Assembly: GCA_964016885.1 (NCBI GenBank) | Contig: OZ024744.1 | Location: 34,286,001-34,350,000 of the forward strand | Length of the DNA: 64,000 bases | Direction of reading: 5' to 3' | Source of the DNA: Eledone cirrhosa | Taxonomy: Eukaryota | Shown here: positions 37,809 to 50,437 of the stretch, piece after piece | How positions within the stretch are numbered: position 1 is the first letter of the stretch | Layout: every line of letters begins with the position of its first letter | The notes under the pieces: generated by a model | The model's database searches: none | The model's input: the letters and a program-made list of their open reading frames with translations, nothing else | What the model was told of the DNA's origin: nothing | Program-made: the position numbers and the translations under genes

Positions 37809-40800
37809 GTAACACTTCGAATCCCAGGGTTGGGGCGGAATCACTGACAACAGAACAAATTAAAGAAAGGATCGAAAAAGTGGAGGGAGTGCATGCTCAA
37901 GATGAAACTCAAATTGAAAACAATGAGATCGTAAATGATAAAGAAATGAATGAGAATGAACTTGCCAACTTGAAGGATCAAATTATGATCGAATGGATGA
38001 AAATGAAAGAATCTGACATGGGGCAACGAGACGCCCTCCCTAAGATCCAGAACTCCAAACAGAACCAAAAGATAATACACAAGACTAACATAATTCTCAA
38101 AAATATTATAATCACAAACAAACTAAACATTACTGATTTAAATCATCTCTATTATGCATCGGCTAAAGTCACCACTCACTTATGTGGAGTGAAATTGAAA
38201 AAACAAAGGAATTCCCACAAGAAATCTACTTGGCAAGAGAACATCAATCGCCAAATAAACCTTCTCCGATCTGACATAGAAATTTTAACAAACTATAAAG
38301 TAGGTGAACATGTTAAACAAACTAAACTTAGAAAATTGAAAAGAAAGTACAGTATAAAATCAACAAGTGACATAGACATGCTGATAGAAACAATCAAGCA
38401 AAAAGTGTCGGCCAAAGCTGCTTGTATAAGGCACTTTGAAAAACGATCTAGATTCTATGAATGACAATAATATGTTCAAAAACAACCAAAGAAACCTCTA
38501 CAGAAAAATTGGTAAGTCAACAATAACTGCTAAATCAATACTACCCAAGGAGGAAGTGCAAGAATTCTGGGAAAAGATCTGGGCCGAAGAAAAAGTACAT
38601 AATATACATGCCCCATGGATAGACAGACAAATGAAAGATACAGCTCACCTTGAGGAACAAATATGGGAAAATATAACAGTTGAACAGTTGCGTTTGGCTC
38701 TTAGAAAAACCAGCCAATGGAAATCCCCAGGAAAAGACAAGATACACATTTTTTGGATAAATGCCTTCACAGAGTCTCATGAGCTGTTAGCCCAACTTTA
38801 CAATGAAATAGTTAAGGAGCCAGAAAAGATACCATCATGGCTAGTTAACGGCATTACATTCCTGCTTCCGAAGAATGATGAGACAAACAATCCCAAAAAT
38901 TACAGACCGATAACTTGCTTGACCACAATGTATAAAATGTTAACATCAGTCCTAACTGAATATACATAAGACCACCTGATAACAAATGACCTATTTCCCA
39001 TTGAGCAGAAAGGGTGTAAACGAGGCTCATATGGCTGTAAGGATCAGCTTTTGGTTAACAAAATGATACGGGAAGATTGTCATAATAGACACAAAAATCT
39101 ATCAATTGCTTGGATAGATTATAAAAAAGCATTCGATAGTTTGCCACACAGTTGGATTGAAAAATGTTTAGAGATTTTCAAAATATCTCCTGTTGTCAGG
39201 AGGTTTTTGTCATTCAGTATGAAGACATAGAAAACGACACTCCTTTTGAATAGTGAAACAAAATCACTGGAAGCTGGAGAAGTTAATATTAATTGTGGAA
39301 TTTTTCAGGGTGACTCTTTATCACCGCTTTTATTTTGCATCACACTTATACCATTAAGTAAAATGCTCAATGAAACAAAACATGGATATAAAGTCTATGA
39401 CAAAACCATTAATCACTTGTTCTACATGGATGACCTAAACTATTTGCAAAAAATGATGAACAATTGCAAGGGCTATTATCCACTGTGGAGCAGTTCAGTG
39501 ATGACATTAAAATGGAGTTTGGACTAGATAAATGCGCCAAAGCAACGTTCACCAGAGGAAAGCTGCTGAAAAGTTCAGACTTTAATCTTGATCGGGGGAA
39601 TGTGATAAGAGAACTTGATCAAGAGGAAACTTACAAATATCTAGGTGTTTGTGAAGGAGACGGAATCAAGCACTCGACAATGAGGGAAAGGATAAGGAAG
39701 GAATGTTACCGCAGAGTAAGAGCAATCTTAAGAACGGAATTGAATGCAAGGAATAGGATCGATGCCATAAACACGCTTGCCATACCAGTAGTAACCTACA
39801 GTTACAATGTCATCAACTGGTCAAGCACAGAGATCCGTAGGCTCGATACAAAAATTCGAAAATTCTTAACCATGCACAGAATGCATCACCCTAAGGCAGA
39901 TATAGATAGAATATATCTCCCTAGGAAAGAAGGAGGACGTGGGTTAATCCAGTTAGACATTGCGTTGAAAACTGCAACAATTGGATTATCTACATATCTA
40001 AGGGAATCACATGATTGGATGATCAAACTCGTTTTGAAACACGAAAGCATCAAAAGATCATACTCCATTACAAAAGATGCACAAAGATACAGTAATGGAC
40101 TACAAATTTCAGAAGTCCCATTTACTGCTGAAATGGAAAACACAGAAAAAGCAAAGCAGGTAAAAGTAACTGCAATGAAAGAACTGCTACAGAAACTGGC
40201 TAAGAAATGGCAAGAAAAGCCTCTGTATGGAAAATACCCAGAACGAGCTAACAATCCTGATGTTAACAAAACTTTAACCCATCAGTGGATGGCATCCTCT
40301 GGACTGAAATCGGAGACTGAAGGACTGATTATATCAGCACAAGATCAGTGTCTGCCAACAAAAAATTACCAAGCCAACATAATAATAAATGGATGCAGCC
40401 CATTATGCCATGTATGTAAAAAACAACCAGAGACCATTGACCATATAATTTCAATGTGCAGTCCTATAGCTCCAACCGAATACCTAAACAGGCATGACAG
40501 AGCTGCACAATACATACATTGGATAATGTGTAAGTATTTTGACCTGCCCCATCAAAAGAATTGGTGGGAGCATCAACCACCTCCCATACTTGAAAAAGAT
40601 CACATCTCAATCTTGTGGAACTTTAGCATCCAAACAGACCGAAAAATAGATGCAAATAGACCTGATATAATATTGAAGGACTTTAAAAAGAGGGTATGCC
40701 TGCTAATTGATATGTCCATTCCAATAGACAAGAATGTAACTATAAAAACATTTGAAAAATTGAGCAAGTATAAGGACCTGGAGATAGAAATTGGAAAAAT

Positions 40801-41116
40801 GTGGAAATTGAGAACTAAAACAATACCAGTGGTTGTAGGCGCTCTAGGAATGATACCTAAGGGGTCTAATGATTACTTATCGCAAATCCCAGGAAACCCG
40901 CGTATAGGAGAAATACAAAAGATAGTACTAATGGGAACTGCCCATATACTAAGGAAGATTCTGTCAATATAAGTACATCACAAGTCTAAACACTAAAGAT
41001 GCATGTGTGAGTATGTATGTTCTTTCTTGAACATGGCGGATATTGTTGTCTCTTGAGGTCACTGGTTGTGACTTGGTGATAACTCGTATGAACATAAAGC
41101 AAGATAAATGCAACTG
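37809..41116 (+). mobile_element. R4/Dong-type RLE LINE family B, 5'-truncated, disrupted ORF
   Basis: KSPGKD, NYRPITCL, IDYKKAFD, GIFQGDSLSP, FYMDDL, EGGRGL, CHVC..HIISMC, NRPDII, VVGALG. (TAA)n tail. Confidence 0.93.
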
Positions 41117-41135
41117 TAATAATAATAATAATAAT

Positions 41136-44100
41136 GATTTCTTTATTGAAAACCACACAAAATACGACGGCCACCCTGACCACCAGGGCAAGCGCCCTCT
41201 CTCAATTTTTCCATCTCTCAAACTACAGACGTATATTCAGAGTGGTCCCGTTCACTCGGACCACTCTCGCTACATTCACCCACCTTTCAACAAACTTGCT
41301 AGAAAGCAGCATTTGCCTCTCCACCCTGATTTTCCTCTTCAAGTGAAACTTGAAAAAGTTAATTAAGGATTCGCCGAAGAGCAAAGTGTCTGTCTTTAAC
41401 CCTTTTAACCTTGTCCACCACACAATCTCTTTCGCCATGGCCACCAGGCAGATGAAAACCGCCTGCCCTTCATCCTCGAAGGAAGACGGCGAGACCATCT
41501 GCACAATGGACTCAGTTGACAACCGGATCAGTCCTACACGCGACAGCAACTGTTCGACATAGCTCCACAAGTCAGCAATGCTCGGGCACTGAACGAGTGC
41601 GTGTACGACGGTTTCGTCGCTCTGCGCGCATCTCGGACAGGCTCGGCTGACGGCACTTTCGTGCCTGTAGAGCTTATTTCGAACCGGCAGCCCTCCCCGG
41701 TAGCACTGCCAGGCCAGGGATTTTTGGAAGTTATCCATAGGCCCTGGGCTGAAAGTTCTCCGGAAGAGAGCAAACAGCTGATCTTCTTCGACGCCCAGGA
41801 TCTCTCCGAGAACGTCGTCGCTCTTCCCCTCCACTAGTCCTCTATAGAACGCTTAGGTGGATGTTCAGCCGATACTGGCGCCCAGCTGGCAGAGGGCAGT
41901 GAGCGCCTGGAGAAATTCCAGTTTCCAAGCGCTATCCCTCGGTCTTTTCCTGACCCAGGACTGCAGCTCCGTCAAGGAGACGAGCTGGGGGGGGGGGGAA
42001 CGTGCCTGGCGAACGGCGTCCACACCTGTTCACCGTCAAGGAAGCACCAGAGATGTCGCAGCCTCGGCGCATGTTTGCGTATCATCAGCCATGGCATGCC
42101 CAGTCCTCCACGCAACGGGTGTTGACAGCAGATGGATCGTCTGACCATGGGAGCGCGTCCCTTCCACAAAAAGCGGAAGAAGAGGCGCTCCATTTTGGTG
42201 AGAATTGGGCCGGGGCAAGGGACGACGGTGAGGCGGTAACAGATGACGGATGCGATGTACGCATTCTCCACCTCTGCCCGGCCTTTCAGAGACAGCTTCC
42301 TCTTGGCCCATTTCTGGGTGAGGGAGGCCAACTTGCTCGTCACCTCGCTCTAGTTTTTCTCCATCTGGAGGTCCGGTCCCAAACAGACCCCGAGAAATTT
42401 AACCGGTCCGTCCGTACAACGCCCCACGTCGCTGTCGGACGGCATGGACTTGCCTCTCCAGGTGCCGAGCTGCAAGCCCACCGACTTTTCCTGGTTTATC
42501 TTTGCTCCTGTCACCGCTTCGTATTCCTCGAGAGCAGTGCCGAGCATCTGGACGTGTCTGGTGATCGACACCACCACGTTGATGTCGTCGGCGTATGCCG
42601 ACTCGGATTTCCCGCATCCTAGTTCGCGTGGGACACCCCTCAGCGCTCCCAGTTTGTGCAGTAACGGCTCGAGAGCCAATATGTACAAGAGGGACGAGAG
42701 GGCACAACCCTGGAGGACCGAGCGCATGATGCTGAACGGCTGTGACAGGTGACCGTTCACCCTCACAACTGAGCAGATGTCGCTGTACATCGCAGCTATC
42801 CAACCCCTGAAAACGGGCCCGAAACCGGCTGCCTCGAGGACCGCCGCCAGGTACCGATGGTCGACCCTATCGAATGCTTTGGATTGATCCAAGTTGATCA
42901 GAGCCCCACCCGTGCCAGTTACTTAACCACCCTCTTTATGATGTATCGCATGAGGTGGAGGTTGTCGTGTATGGATCTGTCCGGAATGGCGCCTCTCCCA
43001 CCAGACCTTTGACGACAAGCGCCAACCTCGTTGCTAACACATTGGCCAAAATCTTGAACTCTGCGTTTAGCAGGGTTATGGGTCTGAAGTTATCGATAAC
43101 ATCCCCCTTGTTCGGGTCTTTTCTCAGCAGCGCCATCGCTCCCCGGATCACAAAACTGGGAATGCTCCCGTTCTGCTGACAGTTGCAGTAGACGTCTGCC
43201 AAGAGGTCATCGAACAAGTCTGGCATAAATGCATAAAGCTCGTAGGGCAGACCATCCAAACCTGGCGATTTTCCCCTCGTGCAATTAGCCATAGCTTCCC
43301 GTATTTCATCGGCTGTTATTGGCTTATCGCAACACTGTGCTGCGGTCGTCGAGAGCCGAGGCTGTCCGTCGAAGTATGCACTGAAGTCCATGCCCCGATC
43401 CGGCCGCCGCTGTTCCCGAACACTTCAGCAAAGTGCTGCTGAAAAGCTTCACACATCTGCTCGGGTTCGAGCAACACGCGCCCGTTTTGGTCAGATAAAG
43501 ACCGAATTGTGGCTCTGTTGCCACGTCGTGCCTCTGCCACCCGGGCCCATTGGACGGCTTTTGTCCCTTCGTGTTTCAGGGCACGCGCTCTAGCTCTGTC
43601 AACGCAGCCTTCGTGTTTTGCGTTGAAGAATTGATCGAGTGCCAATCTCGCCGCAAACACGTCGGTTGCGATGCCTGTCCTAAACGCTTCTTCTAGCTTT
43701 CTGACTAGCTCTCCCTCTACTCTATTTTCCTCTATCACTACTCCTTTGCTAACCTAATCGACTCTACTTTAATTGCCCTTTTCAGGGCGAACCACCACCA
43801 GTTGTTGGCGATCGCTCCCGCCAACGTCCGCTTACCTAATATAACTAATACGCTAATCCGGTCTCTGTAGGCTTTGCTTGCCGGGAAAGACGCGTTCAGC
43901 TTCCATTAACCGGGTCCTTGTCTATGAAGTCTGTCTATGTCGATCTCACAGATCACAAATTTGTGGTCTGTGTAGTCGACTATTTTAAATTGTGGACAAC
44001 TTATACTAGCCTTATCTAGTTCTCTGCAGAATACTCTATCTAGATACGATCTGGATGACCCGATACGGTTTGTCCAAGTCCACATTGGCACATTCGGGTG

Positions 44101-46977
44101 ATCCAGTCGATACCTGTCAGACAGTTCAAAACGTCTGAGCAGGTTGGTCAGGCTCTTGCACCCTTCTCCCCTATCCACTAGTCCCACACAATCCCAGCGT
44201 GCATCCAAGATACCGTTCCAGTCGCCCACTAACACTAAAGAGCGGGACGTTCCAAGAAAGGTCTCTAGACGTCTGAAGAAATCTGGCCGCCCTGTCCCTG
44301 TCGGGGCAGAGACGGCTACTAGCCTGAAAGCGTTGCCTTCGGTGCCGCTTACGTCCAGCACCACCGACTTACCTTCCTGGTCCAGGAAGATGGTCCGTAT
44401 GGCGAGACCCAAGCCTTTCCGAAGCAATACAGCCCACCCCCCGCTCCCGGACGGCTCGGAGATGCGTACACCTCGTAACCGTCGAAGATCGGTGCGAAAG
44501 CTTGCGTTTCGGAGATTCTCGTCGCGCTGATGGCCACCACATCTATGTTTAGTGACCTGAGGTCGTTAAGCAAGTGACCTTGCTTCCAAACCGAGCTCAA
44601 GCCACGCACGTTTACACTTCCGATCCTGAATACGGCCATGTTGGGTGAGGAACGGGGCAAGTGAGAAAGGATCACTTACCTTGACCGTCTGGTTGAATCG
44701 TCCCTTCGGCTGGTCGTCGGCTCTTCTGTGAGTATATCCGAGTATACTCTCCGGTTGAGTGTCCCTCTTAGGTCTCTGAAATCACCAACTGCGTTGGGGA
44801 ATTTCATTTTGATGTTTGTGTATTGTTTCTGTGATATTCTTACCAGTCTTATGTTGGTGTTTTGATTGGTGCTGGTATTATGTAGTCGTGCTGTGAAATG
44901 TCTGTGTTCAATTATGTAAGTCATTAGTTTCTTGTGTGTATTTATTGCTGTGCATTTCCTTTTCTGGGGGTGGGGTGGGGTTCTGCTATTTTCTTGTCGT
45001 TGTTGCTGGGTGTGTGTGTTTTGTTGTTGTGTTTGCGATGTTGGTGCTTGTGGTGGTTTTGTTGAAGGTGTTGTTGGCGGTGGGGTTGCCGCCGGTGGTG
45101 ATGGTAGTGCTAGTGTGGGTGGTGATGGTGTTGGTGGTGTTGCTGCTGTAAGTCTCTTTGCAGTAGCCTTCACCGTTTTTTCATTTCTTCCCTCCATTTT
45201 CGAAGGCGACGATGCACTGCTTCTCGTTTGTGCCTTCTTGCGACCTTTTGCCATCCCTCTCCCACCTCACACTCCATGTCCGATTCTGTGAGGTCAGGGA
45301 GGGGTACCAGCTCCACTCTTTCACTTGTTCTTGTTGGTGGAGGTTGCAGTGGAGTCTCTGTTGCAGCTGCAGTTGGTATTACTGTTTTTGTTGTTAATAC
45401 TTCCACTGCTGCTGCTGTTCTTTATTTCCGTGGCGTGGGTATGGGTGCCACGGACCTATCCTTCCTGCGTGCCGCCTGTCCTGTTGCTGGTAGCAGTGGA
45501 GCCGGTTTCGGTAGGAGGGGGGTTTTCTCCTTTCTCAGAGTCTTCTCATTGCAGAAAGCCCTGAGGTGAGTCTTCGCCCCACAGCGAAAGCATTTCGGGC
45601 GCTTGCCCTCAACACTTATAGGAAGTTGAGTGCCGTTATCGAAGTCTATCATCCGGGATAGCTTCGATGCACTCCTGGTTGGTTTGAAATAACATCTCAA
45701 TGGAGGCGCCGACCCAATCTTCTCGTACTTATTTCTGTACTTGCAGTACAGTTGTTTTGTTCTCGATTCCGATGAGGACAGACGCGGCCAGTAAAGTAGG
45801 GGCAATCCCGGGGGGGGGGGGGGGGACGGGACGACTTGTGTCAGTTTGACCCTCACAATTTTTTGCCCGCAGTAGGAGGGCACCAACACCATTTCCTCGC
45901 TCCTTAGGGTTACTAAGGATTGAGCCTTTGCCTCCTGGGGTGTGGCAAAAAGCACGTCCACGGTGGCATATTTCTTGCCTCGGGTGATATGCGTTTTCCG
46001 CTGCCGCACAGACCCTAAGGCTTTTTGTATTTGAGCCTCAGTGGCTCTTTCAACCCTACGTGATTTTGTGCTTACTGTACGATACGTGACGGTACAGTGC
46101 TGTTGGGTTTGGAAAAATTCTTCAGCTGCCTTGCAATCTGTTTTCGTCATCTTCCTTGCTTCCTGTAATTCCTCATTTGTTATAAGGATGGTTTCGAGGT
46201 TCTTTGCGATACCTGCAAACGAGATTGGTTTTTCTTTCTTGTTGTTGTTGTCGTCAGAGCTGCTGTTACTTTTGTTGTTGCTGCTGGTACTACGACCGTC
46301 GCCACCGCCGTTGCTGTTGTTGTTGTTGTTGCTGTTGTTGTGGCTGCTGTTGTTGTTACTGTTGCTGCTGCACTGTTGTTGTTTATGCTGCTGCTGATGT
46401 TGTTGCGGCTGCTACTAGTATTTTCCTCGCCACTTTGCTGCTGCTACTGTTATTACGGCTGCTGCTGCTATTCTTCATGACGTCAGACGAATGAAATGGC
46501 TTTCCGTATTTACCGCACACATCTTTCGTCGTCGTGGAGAAATGTTCCACGATACGCGCGTTCTCTTGATGAAGAACGCTACGAGAAACTACATTTTTAT
46601 TTTTATTTAATGGCTTCGCTTGCGAAAGAGGCGACAGAGGCGACACCACATTTAGAGAAGGGAGGGGGAGAGACAATCTTTTCTCTGACGTAATGACGAT
46701 TGGGGAAGAAGAAGACGGAAGGAGTGGGAGTGACTTGTGAAAATTTCTTTTTTGTAGCCATGTTTTTTTTACGGTTTAAAATGAATATTGGGCACAAATC
46801 CCCAATAACTGGTTATTTAACCCCGAAGGGCCAAATAACGGACAGAAAGACCCCTCTCACGAGGAGGAGGGTGTCTTTATCTACAATTTGGTTTAAGTTT
46901 TAAACAATTTACAATTGTTATAACGGTTAAAAATTACAATACCTTACAGAGCCGAGCCTCCGTCAACCATAGCATTC
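41136..46977 (-). mobile_element. Tx1 copy C: full-length, degenerate, divergent ORF2 and shorter 3'UTR
   Basis: Same 5' end as copies A/E/F. Fragmented ORF1 (44676-46761) and ORF2 (41223-44639, starts MAVFRIGSVNVRGL). Flanked by (AAT)n. Confidence 0.92.
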
Positions 46978-46995
46978 AATAATATTAATAATAAT

Positions 46996-49344
46996 GCATT
47001 CTTTATTAACCACAAGGGTTTACACAAAGTAAGACATTAAGGACAGTACAGGACAATACAGGAAATAGAGGACGGTACATATGGGCATTTCTGCGTGTAA
47101 AAAAAATCACAAAACCAGAGGATGTAACAAAAAAAGAAACAATGAAAAATTCCTCAACAGGAGGGAGTCTTCCGAGGGCCATCGGGGAGAAAGCCCATTA
47201 AAAAAAGCCATGGTGACCCGGACCACCAGGGCAAGTGTCCTCTCCCAGTTTTCCACCTTCAATTTACAGACACATACTCAGAGTAGGCCCATTCACTCGG
47301 GCCATTCTTGCCTCTCTGATCCATCTTTCAACAAAATGCTGGGAAGAGAGCACCCCCCTCTCTACCCTGATTTTCCTCTTCAAATGAAATTAGAAAAGAT
47401 TAATCATGGCATCACCGAAGAGGTAAGTGCTCGTCTTCAACCGTTTAAGACGTGTCCACCATACTATCTCTTTCGCCATGGCCACCAGACAGATAAAAAC
47501 TGCCTGTCCTTCCCGGCTAAAGGCAGAGGGCGGGGCAATCCTCACGATGGACTCAGCTGATAGCCGGATCCGTTCTACACGCGACAACAGGTGTTCGACA
47601 TAAACCCACAGCAATGATCGGACACTAGATGAGTGCATGCAGGACGGTTTCGTCGCCCTGCGCGCATCTCGGACATGCCCGGCTGACGGCACTTCCATAC
47701 TTGTAGAGTTTTACCCGAACTGGCAAAGCTCCTCGGTAGCACTGCCAGGCCAGGGATTTCTGGAAGTTGTCCATAGGTCGTCGCTCGAAAATTCTTCCGA
47801 AGAGATTGGCTAGTTGATTTTCGTCGACGCCTAGAGTTTCCCCAACTACGTCGGCGCTCTTCCCCTCCACTAATCCTCTATAGAACGCCAAGGTAGAGTT
47901 TCCACCGATCACATTGCCCGATTGGTCGAGGGCTGTGAGCGCCTGAAGACATTCCAGTCTCCAAGCGTTCCCTCTCGGTCTTCGCTTGACCCAAGACTGC
48001 AGCTCCGTCAAGGAGATGAGCTGGGGGAAAGACGCGTCTAGCAAACGGCGACCACCCCTGATCACCGTCGAGGAAGAGGTGGAGATGTAGCCTGAGCGCG
48101 TGTCTGCGCATCATCAGCCACGGCATGCCCAGCCCTCCACGTAGCGGGGGTTGACAGCAGATGGACGGCCTGACCATCGGAGCGCGTCCCTTCCACAAAA
48201 AGCGAAAGATCAAACGCTCCAGCGCAGTCAGGCGAGGCTTAGGACAAGGTACGACGGCCAGGCGGTAGTAGATGACGGACGCGATGTACGCGTTAGCCAC
48301 CTCCGCTCGACCTTTCAGGGATAGCTTCCTCTCTGCCCATTTCTGGGTGAGAGAAGCCACCCTACTCGTCACCTCATCCCAGTTTGTGTCCGTCTGGAGG
48401 TCCGGACCGAACCAGACCCCTAGCAATTTAACCGGTCCGTCCGTCCAGCGCCCGACGACGCTGTTGGGCGGCATGGACATGCCTCTCCAGGTGCCGAGCT
48501 GTAGGCCCACCGACTTATCCTGGTTGATCATTGCTCCTGTCACCGCTTCGTATTTTCTTAGTGTAGTGTCGATCGCCTCGATGTGTTTGGCGTTCGACAC
48601 CACTACGGTGACATCGTCTGCATGTGCTGAGACGGATCTTCCGCATCCTAGTTCGCGCGGGACCCCCCTCAACGTCTCTAGTTTGTGCAGTAATGGCTCG
48701 AGAGTCACTACGTACAAAGGGACGAGAGGGGACATCCTTGGCGGACCGAGCGCATGATGTTGAACGGTTCCGAAAGGTGACCGTTCACTCTCACCACAGA
48801 GCAGATGTCACTGTGCATGACAGCGATCCAGCCTCTGAAGACGGGCCCAAAGCCAGCCGCCCTCAGGACTGCCGCCAGATAACGATGGTCGACCCTATCA
48901 AAAGCTTTCGACTGATCTAAATTGATCAAGGGCCCACCCGTGCCAGGTTCCTTAGCTACCCTCTCTACGATGTATCGCATGAGGTTGAGGTTGTTGGGGA
49001 TAGATCTGTCGGGAATGGCGCATGTCTGCGCCTCTCCTACCAGACCAACAACGACAAGCGCCAACCTCTTTGCTAGCACCTTGGCCAAAATCTTGAACTC
49101 TGTGTTTAGCAGAGTTATGGGCCTGAAATTATCTATGTTATCCCCCTTGTTCGGATCCTTTTTCAGCAGCGCCACCGCTCCTCGGCTCACAGAGCTGGGA
49201 ATTCTCCCGTTCTGTTGCCAGTTTCACTAGACGTCCGCCAAGAGGCCTCCGAACAAGTCTGGCATATGTACGTAAAGTTCATAGGGCAGACCATCCAAAC
49301 CAGGCGATTTACCCCTTGTGCATCCAGTCATTGCCTCCCGTACT
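46996..49344 (-). mobile_element. Tx1 copy D: 5'-truncated, frameshifted
   Basis: Aligns to the 3' 2.35 kb of copy E. The 5' junction is AATAAT. Confidence 0.93.
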
Positions 49345-49350
49345 AATAAT

Positions 49351-50111
49351 GGGAGTGGTTAAAAAGAGGAGACCTTAAAAAGGTTACAGAAGGAATGCTA
49401 ATGGCTGCGCAAGAGCAGGCCCTCAGAACGAAGTGGGTGAAACACCATATTTACAAGGAGGAGGCTAGCCCACTGTGTAGGATCTGTGGAGAGAGAGAGG
49501 AGACTGTGACTCACATTGTATCCGAGTGTAAACATCTAGCCCAGACTCACTATAAAGGCTAGAGACCTGATGTGATATGCAGGGTGATCCACTGACACCT
49601 ATGCAAAGTAAACAATTAACCACGTTCTGAGAAGTGGTATGAGCATAAGCCAGAGTCGTTGATAGAAAACGATCAGGTGTAGGTGCTATGGGATTTTAGG
49701 ATACAGACGGACAAGAAACTGGAACACAATGGGCCTGACCTGGTGGTTTGGGACAAGGTAAAAAGATCGTGCCTGATTGTAGATGTAGCCTGCCCATTCG
49801 ACACGAGAGTGCAAGAAAAGAAGAGGGAGAAAATTAACCGATACCAGGACTTAAAGTGGGAGGTAAAAAGGATTTGGAACTGCCATGAAGTCAAGGTCGT
49901 CCCGATTGTCCTAGGTGCACTAGGTACTATCTCAAAGAGTTTCCAAGGATGGTTAAAGAAGATTAGTCCAGCCCCGCTTTTTGGAACACTTCAAAAAGCA
50001 TGCTTGCTGGGAACAACAAGAACCCTCCGATACGTCCTGAGGCTACAGGTAGCGGCTTGATATTCATTTCAACAAACTTTCCAGTTAAATAACATCAATG
50101 ACTAAGACTCA
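49351..50111 (+). mobile_element. R4/Dong family A, older degenerate 5'-truncated copy
   Basis: Aligns to 37010-37780 with stops; (AAT)n tail. Confidence 0.9.
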
Positions 50112-50176
<65 letters not shown>

Positions 50177-50437
50177 TTTCTTTATTAACCACAAGGGTTT
50201 ACATAAAGTAGACATTAAGGACAGTGCAGGACAATGCAGGACGGTACAAATGGGCATTTCTGCGTGTAAAAAAAACAAAAACAGAGGATGTAACAAAAAT
50301 AACAATGAAAATAACAATGAAAAATTCCCCAATAGGGGGGAGACTTCGGAGGGACATTTGTGGAGAAAGCCCAGTAAAAAGCCACAATGACCCTGACCAC
50401 CAAGGCAAGTGCCCTCTCCCAGTTTTCCACCTTTAGT

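Noticed and set aside
32120-45826. Programmed frameshifting at C/G homopolymers in copies A and C
   Set aside because: These runs are absent from intact copies E/F and are more likely slippage mutations or sequencing error.
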